Program-made: the position numbers and the translations under genes
Notes under the pieces: model-generated
The model's input: only the letters and a program-made list of their open reading frames with translations
The model's database searches: none
Told to the model about the DNA's origin: nothing
Shown: piece by piece, positions 1 to 8,752 of the stretch
How positions within the stretch are numbered: position 1 is the stretch's first letter
Layout of the letters: each line of letters opens with the position of its first letter
Assembly (NCBI GenBank): GCA_049414405.1
Contig: JBMSAQ010000010.1
Location: forward strand, 1 to 21,858
Source: Candidatus Nanopusillus sp.
Lineage (GTDB): Archaea; Nanobdellota; Nanobdellia; Nanobdellales; Nanobdellaceae
Direction of reading: 5' to 3'
DNA length: 21,858 bases

Positions 1-2
1 TT

Positions 3-1571
3 TATGCATTTACTTCTGGTGTATTTGATTCATTAATATCTTCATCATCTCAACAAATTCAACAACAATCTCAAATGGTATCTTTTACAATAAGTAATGT
101 ATATTGTTCAAATAATATTGTTTATTTTAATATCTATAATAATGGAAATGTTCCAATAAATATAAATAATTCTGTAATAATATTTACAGATAATAATGGA
201 AATACTATACCCATAAATGGAAGTAATATTATATGTAATAATGGAAATATAATACCTTCAAGAAGTAGTAGTTTATGTCATATAGTAAATAATCCTTGTT
301 ATTATGATAATATAAATTATATAAAAAGTATGAATTTTGTATTTAGTGGAATAAGCTATAATTATAATATATTAGATTATGATAAGTTTAATTTAATACA
401 TGCTTTTAATTTTAGTAATAATTCTAGTTTTAGTAATTTATCATATGTTCCTATAACATTATATAATACCCAAAATATCCCAACACCATCCCCATTTCAA
501 CAACAAATAGCAATATGTAATGGAACAATAAATATTAGTCCTAATTTTGCTTATGTAAATAATTCAACATTATTTAACTCAATTAATAGCAATGGATCAA
601 ATGTTTATTTTACTACAACCTATAATGGTACTCCAAACATATATTCATGGTATTTAGGCCAATTAATTAATGGAAGCACATATTGTAGGATTTGGTGGAT
701 AAAATTAGATAATGGTATCCCTGCTAATAGTAATGTAACTATATATATGTATATAGGACCTAATAGTGCTAATTATTATCAACAATATTATCCATATGTT
801 GGTGCTTCTCCAAATGTATTTCCATCTAGACAATATGATAATGGAAAATATGTATTTATAGCATATGGATATTTTAATAATACAATGGATGGATGGGTTG
901 GATACAATTATTCTGGATCATGGATTCCAAGAGCAACCCTGGTTGGCATTCAAATGACAAATGGCTACGGCCAAGGTACTTATATTTTACCTTATAATAA
1001 TTGGGATATTCCTTTAATACCTTTAATTGTTGAAGAGTCTGTTTTATTTAGTGGTCTTTTAGGATTTGGTGTTTGGGGTGCAAATATAATAGCATTGTTT
1101 GGAAATACTAGTCAGCAATTTCCTGTAGATCCGCTACTGAGTAATCCCCCGTATTATTATATTACGAGTAATTTCACACCTATACCCAACTTATCCATAT
1201 CTGCAGCATTTCTCAGTAATGCTCCTTTTTCACAGAGATTGAGACTAATATCTACAGTAACAAATAGATCTCTAAATTCCACAGATTTCCCATTTGGGCG
1301 TCATTTTTATTTATATTTAATAGTCAATTCTACATACGCTGAAGCAGGACTCTACCCTTATTCTTCTACTGCGTTTGTTCCTTTAACATTGTTAAATACA
1401 TATAGCATAAATCGTAATGGATATACATATGCAAATTTGGACTTTAATCCATTTCAATATGGTACATTACAAATAAGTGCTGGAAATTACGGACTATCAC
1501 AATATATCCAATGGGTGGTTGTTAGAGCATATCCACCAAACAGTGTAATGCCTTCAATTTATATCAGTTAA
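3..1571 (+). CDS. DUF2341/LamG-type Asn-rich surface protein, 5'-partial (frame open to the left window edge); paralogue of 19686..21788
   Basis: The frame of the listed 75..1571 ORF has no stop back to position 3 (YAFTSGVFDSLISSSSQQIQQQSQ-MVSF...). The sequence aligns with residues ~205-700 of the 700-aa protein at the right edge. DUF2341-like core: PITLYNTQNIPTPSPFQQQI...YSWYLGQLINGSTYCRIWWIKLDNGIPANSNVTIYMYIGP. C-terminus is WVVVRAYPPNSVMPSIYIS. Many N-x-S/T sequons. Confidence 0.8.
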   Translation, partial: YAFTSGVFDSLISSSSQQIQQQSQMVSFTISNVYCSNNIVYFNIYNNGNVPININNSVIIFTDNNGNTIPINGSNIICNNGNIIPSRSSSLCHIVNNPCYYDNINYIKSMNFVFSGISYNYNILDYDKFNLIHAFNFSNNSSFSNLSYVPITLYNTQNIPTPSPFQQQIAICNGTINISPNFAYVNNSTLFNSINSNGSNVYFTTTYNGTPNIYSWYLGQLINGSTYCRIWWIKLDNGIPANSNVTIYMYIGPNSANYYQQYYPYVGASPNVFPSRQYDNGKYVFIAYGYFNNTMDGWVGYNYSGSWIPRATLVGIQMTNGYGQGTYILPYNNWDIPLIPLIVEESVLFSGLLGFGVWGANIIALFGNTSQQFPVDPLLSNPPYYYITSNFTPIPNLSISAAFLSNAPFSQRLRLISTVTNRSLNSTDFPFGRHFYLYLIVNSTYAEAGLYPYSSTAFVPLTLLNTYSINRNGYTYANLDFNPFQYGTLQISAGNYGLSQYIQWVVVRAYPPNSVMPSIYIS

Positions 1572-1641
1572 TTTTTTAATTTTAGAGAACAATCTTATTA
1601 TTTAAAGTATGATAAAGCTTTCTCAATAAATTTAATTATTT
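1543..1641. repeat. 99-bp perfect direct repeat, copy 1 (last 29 nt of the CDS plus 70 nt downstream)
   Basis: Base-for-base identical to 21760..21858 (offset 20217). Identity runs to the right window edge, so the true length is unknown. Confidence 0.95.
1572..1583 (+). terminator. oligo-T tract immediately after the stop codon (putative archaeal intrinsic terminator)
   Basis: TAA followed by TTTTTTAATTTT. Archaeal RNAP terminates at oligo-T. T-runs are common in this AT-rich DNA, so support is weak. Confidence 0.35.
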
Positions 1642-1688
1642 CCCTTATAACAATTATTTTGATAATTACTGTTTATAATATCAAAGGC

Positions 1689-1762
1689 TGGGGCGGGTGG
1701 GATTTGAACCCACGACCTTCCGGTCTTCAGCCGGACGCTCTCCCGGGCTGAGCTACCGCCCC
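1689..1762 (-). tRNA. tRNA-Phe (GAA)
   Basis: Reverse complement is GGGGCGG TA GCTC AGCCCGGGA GAGC G TCCGG CTGAAGA CCGGA AGGTC GTGGG TTCAAAT CCCAC CCGCCCC A. Full cloverleaf, 74 nt, anticodon GAA, no encoded CCA. Confidence 0.95.
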
Positions 1763-1831
1763 TTTAATTATCAATATTTTCATTATTTATTTTTTAAATT
1801 TTTCAAATTATAAAATATTCCTTAATTTATA

Positions 1832-3637
1832 ATGATAGAAAAATATTATCCAATATTAAATAATAGACCATTTCAAATTGATGTTGTAGAAAAGATATTA
1901 AACTATATTAATGAAAATAGAAAATTTATTCTATTAGATTCTCCTACAGGTTCGGGTAAAACAATTATTGCATTAGTAATTTCTGATTATCTGGCAAAAG
2001 AAGATTTTATAACCCATATCGCTGTAAGAACTACTGAAGAAATAAAGAGATATTTAGAAGATTCATTTAAAATAAATACAATATTAAGGGTATACCCAAA
2101 TAAAAAGAAAACATGTCCAATATTTTTTAAATCAAATTTATCTGGAGAAGAAATAATATGTGCAGATTGTATATATAAAAAATCTTTATATGATCCAGAA
2201 GAATTATATAAAAGATTAAAGAAATATAATTATAATTTTATTAAATTGACAAAAATAGAATATAAAAAATATTTAAAAAAGAAGGACATAAGATGTATAT
2301 ATCATTCTTTTAAGAAAATTGATTCAAATATTTATATTTCAACATATCCATATGTTTTTAATCAATATTTAAATGAAGTATTATCTTTAGAGGGAGAACC
2401 TGACTTTTTAATAATGGATGAGTCTCATAATTTATTAACATCAATTATAAATCCTATATCTATATCATTTAGAAAATATATAGAAAAAGGTATTGGAAAA
2501 AGAAAAGAAGAAAATTTATTATTCCAAGACTTAATAAAAGAAGTAGAAATTATAAGAAATGCTTTAAATATACCCGAACAAGATTTTGAATCAATGAGAT
2601 ATAATTTAATGAAATTCTCAGATGATTTGTTATCGTTTATAGAAAATATAATTGCGAAAAAATTTAATACAAGGGATATATATTTAATAAAGGAAAAAAT
2701 GGAAAAATCTTCAAGAGAAATATATATAGATAGAGATAAATTAAAGGAAATATTCGATTTAAATGAAAAATTATTTGATAATTTGTCATTTTATTGGGAA
2801 ACATATAAAAGACATGTTTCAAAGAATAATATTAAATTACCAAAGAAAAGATGGAATATGAATAAAATGTTAAAATTATATTATTATGTAAACTCTGAGG
2901 ATGTTTTTTGGATATTGAATTTATTTAAATTGGAAGGATATATAACAAAATTTGAAAAAATAATTAAAGTATTTGATAATTATAGATCGGTAGTATTAAT
3001 GTCTGGAAGTAATTTTACAAAAGAAAGTTTCCAAAAATTATATAAAATAAAGGATGTGGAATATATTAAAGTTGATATAAAATATGGAAAAAAGGATTAT
3101 GAAGTATTATATAACTTTTCTTCAAGATATTCAAAAAGAAATGATAAGAAAAACATAGAAAATTTAATAGGTGATATAAAATTCATTGCAAATAATTTAG
3201 AAAAATATCAACTATATATGTTTCCTTCATATTCTTTTATGATAGATATATACGAAAAATTAGATATAAAGGATAGAATATTTTTAGATGATGGCGAAAA
3301 ACCATTAAATAGAATATTAAAAACTAATAAAGATTTAATATTTACATATGCAAGATCAAGATTTATAGAAGGAATACAATTAGTAAAGGACGAACAATCA
3401 TTATTAAAAGTAATTGTAATTGTTGGAAAACCATATCCCCCACCACCAAATGCATCAATATTAATACATAAAATAATTAAGGATAATAATTTGGACTATA
3501 ATGAATTTGCAGAAGTATTAAAAGATATAAATATTAAGCAAGTAATTGGAAGAGCAATAAGATTTCCAAATGATTATGTTAAAATATTCTTTATAGATGA
3601 TAGATATAAAAAGGCAGAAATTAAAAAATATTTGTAA
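1832..3637 (+). CDS. xpd: XPD/Rad3-family (DinG-like) SF2 DNA helicase with 4-Cys Fe-S domain
   Basis: Walker A SPTGSGKT and motif II LIMDESHN. Four Cys lie between them (KKTCPIFF, IICADCIY, IRCIYHS), as in the XPD 4Fe-4S domain. C-terminal motifs are SGSNF, FIEGIQL, VGKPYPPP and QVIGRAIRFPNDY. The 601-aa length is typical of archaeal XPD. Confidence 0.85.
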   Translation: MIEKYYPILNNRPFQIDVVEKILNYINENRKFILLDSPTGSGKTIIALVISDYLAKEDFITHIAVRTTEEIKRYLEDSFKINTILRVYPNKKKTCPIFFKSNLSGEEIICADCIYKKSLYDPEELYKRLKKYNYNFIKLTKIEYKKYLKKKDIRCIYHSFKKIDSNIYISTYPYVFNQYLNEVLSLEGEPDFLIMDESHNLLTSIINPISISFRKYIEKGIGKRKEENLLFQDLIKEVEIIRNALNIPEQDFESMRYNLMKFSDDLLSFIENIIAKKFNTRDIYLIKEKMEKSSREIYIDRDKLKEIFDLNEKLFDNLSFYWETYKRHVSKNNIKLPKKRWNMNKMLKLYYYVNSEDVFWILNLFKLEGYITKFEKIIKVFDNYRSVVLMSGSNFTKESFQKLYKIKDVEYIKVDIKYGKKDYEVLYNFSSRYSKRNDKKNIENLIGDIKFIANNLEKYQLYMFPSYSFMIDIYEKLDIKDRIFLDDGEKPLNRILKTNKDLIFTYARSRFIEGIQLVKDEQSLLKVIVIVGKPYPPPPNASILIHKIIKDNNLDYNEFAEVLKDINIKQVIGRAIRFPNDYVKIFFIDDRYKKAEIKKYL

Positions 3638-3673
3638 TAAAAGATTAAAAGAAATTTATAATATTCTTATTTT

Positions 3674-4747
3674 CTATTGCATTTTTACTTCGTCTCTTAA
3701 AATTACAAAAGGTTCCGGGGATACACATTTTCTTATTATTATATTGGTTGCATATCCATATATTGTCCTATACCAAGTCCCAACATTAAGAGAAATTTGT
3801 GTAATATTTCTAACTTTAAAATTACATAAAGATAAAAAATCATTAGTTAAATTTGTACTTATATTAATCCACGTGTTCGGAGGTGTACATAGATAGTCTT
3901 TATTACCACAAGTTCCAGAAAAAGCAATCCAATATCTACCACAGGGTTCCCCTCCAACAATTAACCTATATGCAATGGTTTTTGTATCAGTCCCATTTGT
4001 AGCTGATATAATAATTGCATAATTATCATAACTTGGTTGTTGTCTAGGTATAATCTTCCACATTGCATATGCATCGAAACAATAACTTACAGAATTATCG
4101 GAAATGGAAATATTTTTTACTAATGCTGCTGTTGATGCGTAATATCCCCCTTTATCTGTTAAACTAATTCCACCAGCATAACCATATGGACTTTGTACCC
4201 AAACATCAGAAGCTGAACCTAAACTTCCAGATAATAAAACAGATGTCCACCCTATTGTACCATTCTGAAAATCTTCAAAAAAGGTAAAAACTAAATATCC
4301 ATTACTCATACTAGTTGCATTTGGATTTCCATACAGTAAATATATTGTTTTAGTAGAACTCTTGGGTATGAATGGTACATTTACCCATATTTTCGTATTA
4401 TTTGTATTACAAGTATATGGTTCTATCCAATAATTTAATAATGTATTACCATCAGAATCTGTAAATCTTATATCCCCGCAATCAGGTCTCATTTTACCTT
4501 GTGATATCAAAGATTGTGTATCTAAAGTTATTAGTATTGGATAATTTGTTAGAGTGTTTGGATACAGTCTGTTATCTATTAAAATTGGTCTGTAATAACT
4601 AAAATTATTAAGACTTGGTGGATTGGTAGTTGTAATAGAATTGCTTGTTGAATTAAATTTAAATACATAAAATATTACGACAATTACAGCTATAATAGAA
4701 GCAATTAATATAGATGCTATTATTGGAGAAATAGATCTTACGCTCAT
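3674..4747 (-). CDS. Type IV pilin-like (class III signal peptide) DUF2341 + LamG/concanavalin-like surface protein
   Basis: N-terminus MSVRS-ISPIIASILIASIIAVIVVIF matches the archaeal pilin N-terminal consensus R-[GA]-[VI]-S-P-V-I-A-x-V-L-L-I-A-I. DUF2341 core: ILITLDTQSLISQGKMRPDCGDIRFTDSDGNTLLNYWIE...TKIWVNVPFIPKSSTKTIYLLYGNP. C-terminal beta-rich half ends IIIRKCVSPEP. TAG stop. Confidence 0.8.
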   Translation of the reverse strand: MSVRSISPIIASILIASIIAVIVVIFYVFKFNSTSNSITTTNPPSLNNFSYYRPILIDNRLYPNTLTNYPILITLDTQSLISQGKMRPDCGDIRFTDSDGNTLLNYWIEPYTCNTNNTKIWVNVPFIPKSSTKTIYLLYGNPNATSMSNGYLVFTFFEDFQNGTIGWTSVLLSGSLGSASDVWVQSPYGYAGGISLTDKGGYYASTAALVKNISISDNSVSYCFDAYAMWKIIPRQQPSYDNYAIIISATNGTDTKTIAYRLIVGGEPCGRYWIAFSGTCGNKDYLCTPPNTWINISTNLTNDFLSLCNFKVRNITQISLNVGTWYRTIYGYATNIIIRKCVSPEPFVILRDEVKMQ

Positions 4748-4789
4748 AATGTATTTGCTTTTTATAGATTTATAAAGATTTTATCAATA

Positions 4790-5968
4790 TCACTCATATC
4801 TTAGTGCAACCATTGGATCAATTCTAGAAGCCTTTATTGCAGGCAATGTTCCAGATAGAATACCTATGAAGAAAGGAAGTAATAGGGAAAGAACTATTAA
4901 TTGTATGGTAATATACGGTTGGAATTCAACAAATCCATAGAATGATAATATCATAGAGGCTATATATGATGTAAAAAATCCAAATATTATTCCTAGAATA
5001 CCTCCTAACAATCCAATAAATCCAGATTCTAATAAAAATAAAATTAATACTTCCGAATTTTTCATTCCTAAGGCTTTTAATAATCCAATTTCCTTATATC
5101 TTTCTAAAACTGATGTATACATTGTATTTACAATATTTATTGCTGAAATTAATATGGATATTGATGCAATTATTAATGAAAATAAAGATATTGCACCGAT
5201 GATTCGATCTATGATTTGTTTAATAGATTGTGCAGTTACTATGGTATATGTTTGACCTTTTAATGAATTTATATAGTTATTTATGGAGTTATATGCCAAA
5301 TTAAAGTCATAAACAAGCACAATCAAATAGTTATAATTTATATTTCCAAACAATCTTTCATATACACCCTCTGGAAATAAAATAATATAATCTATTTGCC
5401 CCCCTGTTTGTTTGAATGTTCCCACTACTTGACATCTTTGTCCAAATATATTTATATAATCTCCAACACGTATTTGCTGATTATTCAATAATGGAGAATT
5501 TGCAATTTGGTGTCCTAAATTAACCTGACAGTTGTTATTGTTTGTTATAAAGGTTCCTTCAGAAATTTCATAATTCACATACCTTAGATAGTTTACATCT
5601 TTTGTATTGATAACCAATACGTTAGCCGGTATTTGGTAATTATTATAATTGATTACTGTGGAAGTTAGGTGCGTTTTTATAACTTTTTCTATCCCGGGTA
5701 ATGTTTGAATATTTTGAATAAAATTGTTTGTAAAATATCCAGAAATAGTATTAAAGAACCCAACTCTTGCACCCGGATAAATAAATATTACTTTACCCCC
5801 AAATTTATCTAGTTCATTTTGAACATAATATTGTAAACCTTGAGATAATGCAATTAATGTGAATATAGTAGCTATACCAATCGTAATTCCTAATGATGTT
5901 AAAAAAGTTCTCAGCTTTTTAGTCTTTAAATATTTAAATATTAAAAATAAATAATCATTGATTTTCAT
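4790..5968 (-). CDS. ABC transporter permease, FtsX/MacB (LolC/E-like) family
   Basis: N-terminal TM (LRTFLTSLGITIGIATIFTLIAL), a ~200-aa extracytoplasmic domain, then a C-terminal FtsX-type 3-TM bundle (LKALGMKNSEVLILFLLESGFIGLLGGILGIIFG). Overlaps the upstream gene by 14 nt. Confidence 0.85.
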   Translation of the reverse strand: MKINDYLFLIFKYLKTKKLRTFLTSLGITIGIATIFTLIALSQGLQYYVQNELDKFGGKVIFIYPGARVGFFNTISGYFTNNFIQNIQTLPGIEKVIKTHLTSTVINYNNYQIPANVLVINTKDVNYLRYVNYEISEGTFITNNNNCQVNLGHQIANSPLLNNQQIRVGDYINIFGQRCQVVGTFKQTGGQIDYIILFPEGVYERLFGNINYNYLIVLVYDFNLAYNSINNYINSLKGQTYTIVTAQSIKQIIDRIIGAISLFSLIIASISILISAINIVNTMYTSVLERYKEIGLLKALGMKNSEVLILFLLESGFIGLLGGILGIIFGFFTSYIASMILSFYGFVEFQPYITIQLIVLSLLLPFFIGILSGTLPAIKASRIDPMVALRYE

Positions 5969-7388
5969 TTTTCTTTTTCTTTTTCATTATGTAATATATT
6001 ATACCCGTAAAGATTAAAATTATTACTATTATACTAATTAAATTGTTTTCAGAAGATCTGGTATAATAAATATTGTATCCCAGATCTTCTAGAGAGGTAT
6101 TATAAAGCATTGAGTATCTATTTCCAAAAATATCAGTATAATATACTCGTATATATATGGTCGTATTTGGGTAACAATTATTATTTAGTGTAAATATAAC
6201 AGCATTTGAATTTCCAGGATCTAGTTCTCCAATATATCCTTGATTTGGGGAAATTGTACACTTATCAAGGCTGTAAGCATCTATATACATATTATATGCT
6301 GGTGCATTTCCATAATTGAATACATTAAAAGTTAATGTTCTAGAACTATATAAGCCAGATAAAGTTATATTAGGATATGCATTTATATTTACAACAATGT
6401 ATCCGCTTAAATTATATAATATCGAATTTGAATAATATTGAATATTGAAAGGAATATTTATAGTTCCATATAAGTTGTTATTTATAATTACCTTTATTGG
6501 AATATTTATTTTCTGTCTTGGTGGTATATTACTAATGTAAATATTATTATTCACAATTGAAATATTCTTAGCGGTAAATATTAATGAAATATCGGATATA
6601 TTTGAATTTGTAGGATTATATAATGTTAAATTAATTATATTTTCTCCAATATTTAGGTATTCAACATCATATAAAACTTCCAATCTATTATTTGATGGTA
6701 AAATTGGTACATTAATGAATGTTGTATAATTATTGATATTTCCCAATGAATCTTGGTAAATTATAGATAAAGGTACTATGCAATAATTATTTGCATGATT
6801 TGATGGAATCAATAGTCGGAAATTAATTAACGTAGAACCTGATAAATTATCTAAATATATTGAAGAAGGTTCTAATGAACATGCAGAAAAGTTTGATTTA
6901 ATTAATACATTATATACTTCTCCACCATAATTTGTTATATTTAGTATTAAATTCGCAATACTTCCATAATAATTATTTGAATAATGATAACTACTGATTG
7001 TTATATATGGAGGATTTTCAACAATTATTGGATATATTTGTGAAATTTCACCAACCCCATTATTGTTTGAATAAGTTCCATTTATTATTATAATATAACT
7101 TCCAGGATTACAATTTTCATATAGATTTAATGAAGTACAATAAGAATCTCCTGGATTTAAATATGGGATATAAATTGAAGATCGATTTGAATATATACAA
7201 TTAGGATAATATATATTTAAATTAATCATATTTGCTTGAGATAATCCCTTATTTATTATACAAACCCCTAAATTTATATTGCTATTAGTTTTTACTATAG
7301 TTGGAGATATTTTTGTAATGTTTATTTGTAAAGATTTTACACTAAAAAATAAAAGAATTAATAAAAATATATAAATAAATTTTTTCAT
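5955..7388 (-). CDS. Exported CARDB-like repeat protein with C-terminal membrane anchor (COG1361-like)
   Basis: Sec-type signal peptide MKKFIYIFLLILLFFSVKS. About four repeats of the pattern 'x-L/I-x-I/V-x-N-x-G', e.g. NINLGVCIINKGLSQANMINL, ANLILNITNYGGEVYNVLI, NIINLTLYNPTNSNISDISL, RTLTFNVFNYGNAPAYNMYI. C-terminal TM plus Lys cluster (LISIIVIILIFTGIIYYIMKKKKK). Confidence 0.65.
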   Translation of the reverse strand: MKKFIYIFLLILLFFSVKSLQINITKISPTIVKTNSNINLGVCIINKGLSQANMINLNIYYPNCIYSNRSSIYIPYLNPGDSYCTSLNLYENCNPGSYIIIINGTYSNNNGVGEISQIYPIIVENPPYITISSYHYSNNYYGSIANLILNITNYGGEVYNVLIKSNFSACSLEPSSIYLDNLSGSTLINFRLLIPSNHANNYCIVPLSIIYQDSLGNINNYTTFINVPILPSNNRLEVLYDVEYLNIGENIINLTLYNPTNSNISDISLIFTAKNISIVNNNIYISNIPPRQKINIPIKVIINNNLYGTINIPFNIQYYSNSILYNLSGYIVVNINAYPNITLSGLYSSRTLTFNVFNYGNAPAYNMYIDAYSLDKCTISPNQGYIGELDPGNSNAVIFTLNNNCYPNTTIYIRVYYTDIFGNRYSMLYNTSLEDLGYNIYYTRSSENNLISIIVIILIFTGIIYYIMKKKKKNENQ

Positions 7389-7418
7389 AAGACATTATAT
7401 TTAAAAAATATTTATAAA

Positions 7419-8117
7419 TTATTTTAATAGTTCTATTGTTTCATCAATTGTAGCATTGTCTTTTAATATTTTTCCATTTCTTATTACTGCTATCCTATTG
7501 GTTTTTTCTGCTACCCTTAAATCATGTGTTACTATTACAATTGTTCTATTTTCATCTTCATTTAATTTTTTTAATATATTTAATAGTTCATTTGCCGATT
7601 TTTCATCAATATTTGCGGTAGGTTCATCTGCTAAAATTAATTTGGGATCTTTTGCCAATGCTCTAGCAATAACTACTCTTTGTTGTTGTCCTCCAGATAA
7701 CTGATTTGGATAATTATATAACCTATCGCTTAATCCAACCTTATTCAATAATTCTTTTGCTTTTTCAAGATTGCTATTTTCAGAAATTCTTAAGCTAATT
7801 TGTACATTTTCCAATGCATTTAGATAACTAAATAGATAATATTGTTGAAATATAAATCCAATATATTTTCTTCTAAATTCTGACAATTGATTATCATTTA
7901 ATTTTGATATATCTTTACCAAATAGATATACTTTTCCCTTTGTTGGTCTATCCAAACACCCCATTATTGCTAATAATGTAGATTTTCCAGATCCAGATGG
8001 TCCGACTATCGATAAAAATTCTCCTTCTTTAATTTTTAAACTTACATTATCCAATGCCCTTATGGGATATCCTCCGACATAATATACTTTTTCTACATTT
8101 TCCAATTTAACTATCAT
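7419..8117 (-). CDS. ABC transporter ATP-binding protein, MacB/LolD-like
   Basis: Walker A GPSGSGKST, Q-loop FIFQQY, signature LSGGQQQRVVIARAL, Walker B LILADEPT, H-loop VTHD. Confidence 0.95.
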   Translation of the reverse strand: MIVKLENVEKVYYVGGYPIRALDNVSLKIKEGEFLSIVGPSGSGKSTLLAIMGCLDRPTKGKVYLFGKDISKLNDNQLSEFRRKYIGFIFQQYYLFSYLNALENVQISLRISENSNLEKAKELLNKVGLSDRLYNYPNQLSGGQQQRVVIARALAKDPKLILADEPTANIDEKSANELLNILKKLNEDENRTIVIVTHDLRVAEKTNRIAVIRNGKILKDNATIDETIELLK

Positions 8118-8752
8118 AATTTAATATATTTTTCAATTTCAAAAATATTTATTATTTTCGGAACATCAATTTTGGGATAGTACCATGCCAGTTTTAATGG
8201 ATATGGTGGATAATATATTCTTTTAAATAGTTTTATATTTAATTTATTATTTTTTATTTGATATAGATTTGTATTTTTATCATCTATATACACTATATCA
8301 TCATCCATATCTTTTAGATATTCAAATACATCAATAAGTGTTTTAAATTCTTCTGTTCCATATATAAGTACATCTTTAAAATATTTATCTAAATTGGTTT
8401 TCTTAATTCTTTTTACTTTAATATCTTTTGTATCATCTTTAGATGTAATTAAGTATAAATCTATATTTTTATATTTTTCTAAGAACTCTATAGTTCCTGG
8501 TAATATTGTCTGATTTTCAGTCCTAATTTTCCAATAATATTCAATTATTTCATCAGGATTATCTTTTATTAAGAATCTTATCCATTTTCCCCTTTCAAAA
8601 ATTCCAAAATAATCTCCAAGATCTTCCACTGCAAGCATTGCTTCAGTAAATCCTTCATATAAATTCAATTCTTCTCTTATTTTTTCATAAATTAGGGGTA
8701 TAATTGTATAGCTATCTACAAGTGTTCCGTCGTAATCTAAAGAAATTATCAT
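8114..8752 (-). CDS. HAD-superfamily hydrolase
   Basis: Motif I IISLDYDGTLVDS (DxDxT), motif II LYLITSKDD, C-terminal acidic motif VYIDDKNTN. Its stop overlaps the ABC ATPase start by 4 nt. Confidence 0.75.
   Translation of the reverse strand: MIISLDYDGTLVDSYTIIPLIYEKIREELNLYEGFTEAMLAVEDLGDYFGIFERGKWIRFLIKDNPDEIIEYYWKIRTENQTILPGTIEFLEKYKNIDLYLITSKDDTKDIKVKRIKKTNLDKYFKDVLIYGTEEFKTLIDVFEYLKDMDDDIVYIDDKNTNLYQIKNNKLNIKLFKRIYYPPYPLKLAWYYPKIDVPKIINIFEIEKYIKL

Noticed and set aside
1122-1316. Variable cassette as a diversity-generating retroelement (DGR) target
   Set aside because: There is no reverse transcriptase or template repeat in the window. The differences between copies include indels and all substitution types, not the adenine-specific pattern of DGR mutagenesis.
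1609-1640. ATGATAA as a possible C box of a second C/D sRNA in the conserved 3' flank
   Set aside because: No CUGA D'/D boxes occur at 12-nt spacing on either strand, and the C-box match is imperfect.
3597-3896. 99-aa + strand ORF from the six-frame track
   Set aside because: It lies antisense to the well-supported DUF2341 gene (3674-4747), overlaps the XPD 3' end, and has a low-complexity hydrophobic translation typical of shadow ORFs in AT-rich DNA.
7456-7704. 82-aa + strand ORF
   Set aside because: Entirely antisense to the ABC ATPase gene, whose Walker and signature motifs fix the real frame.
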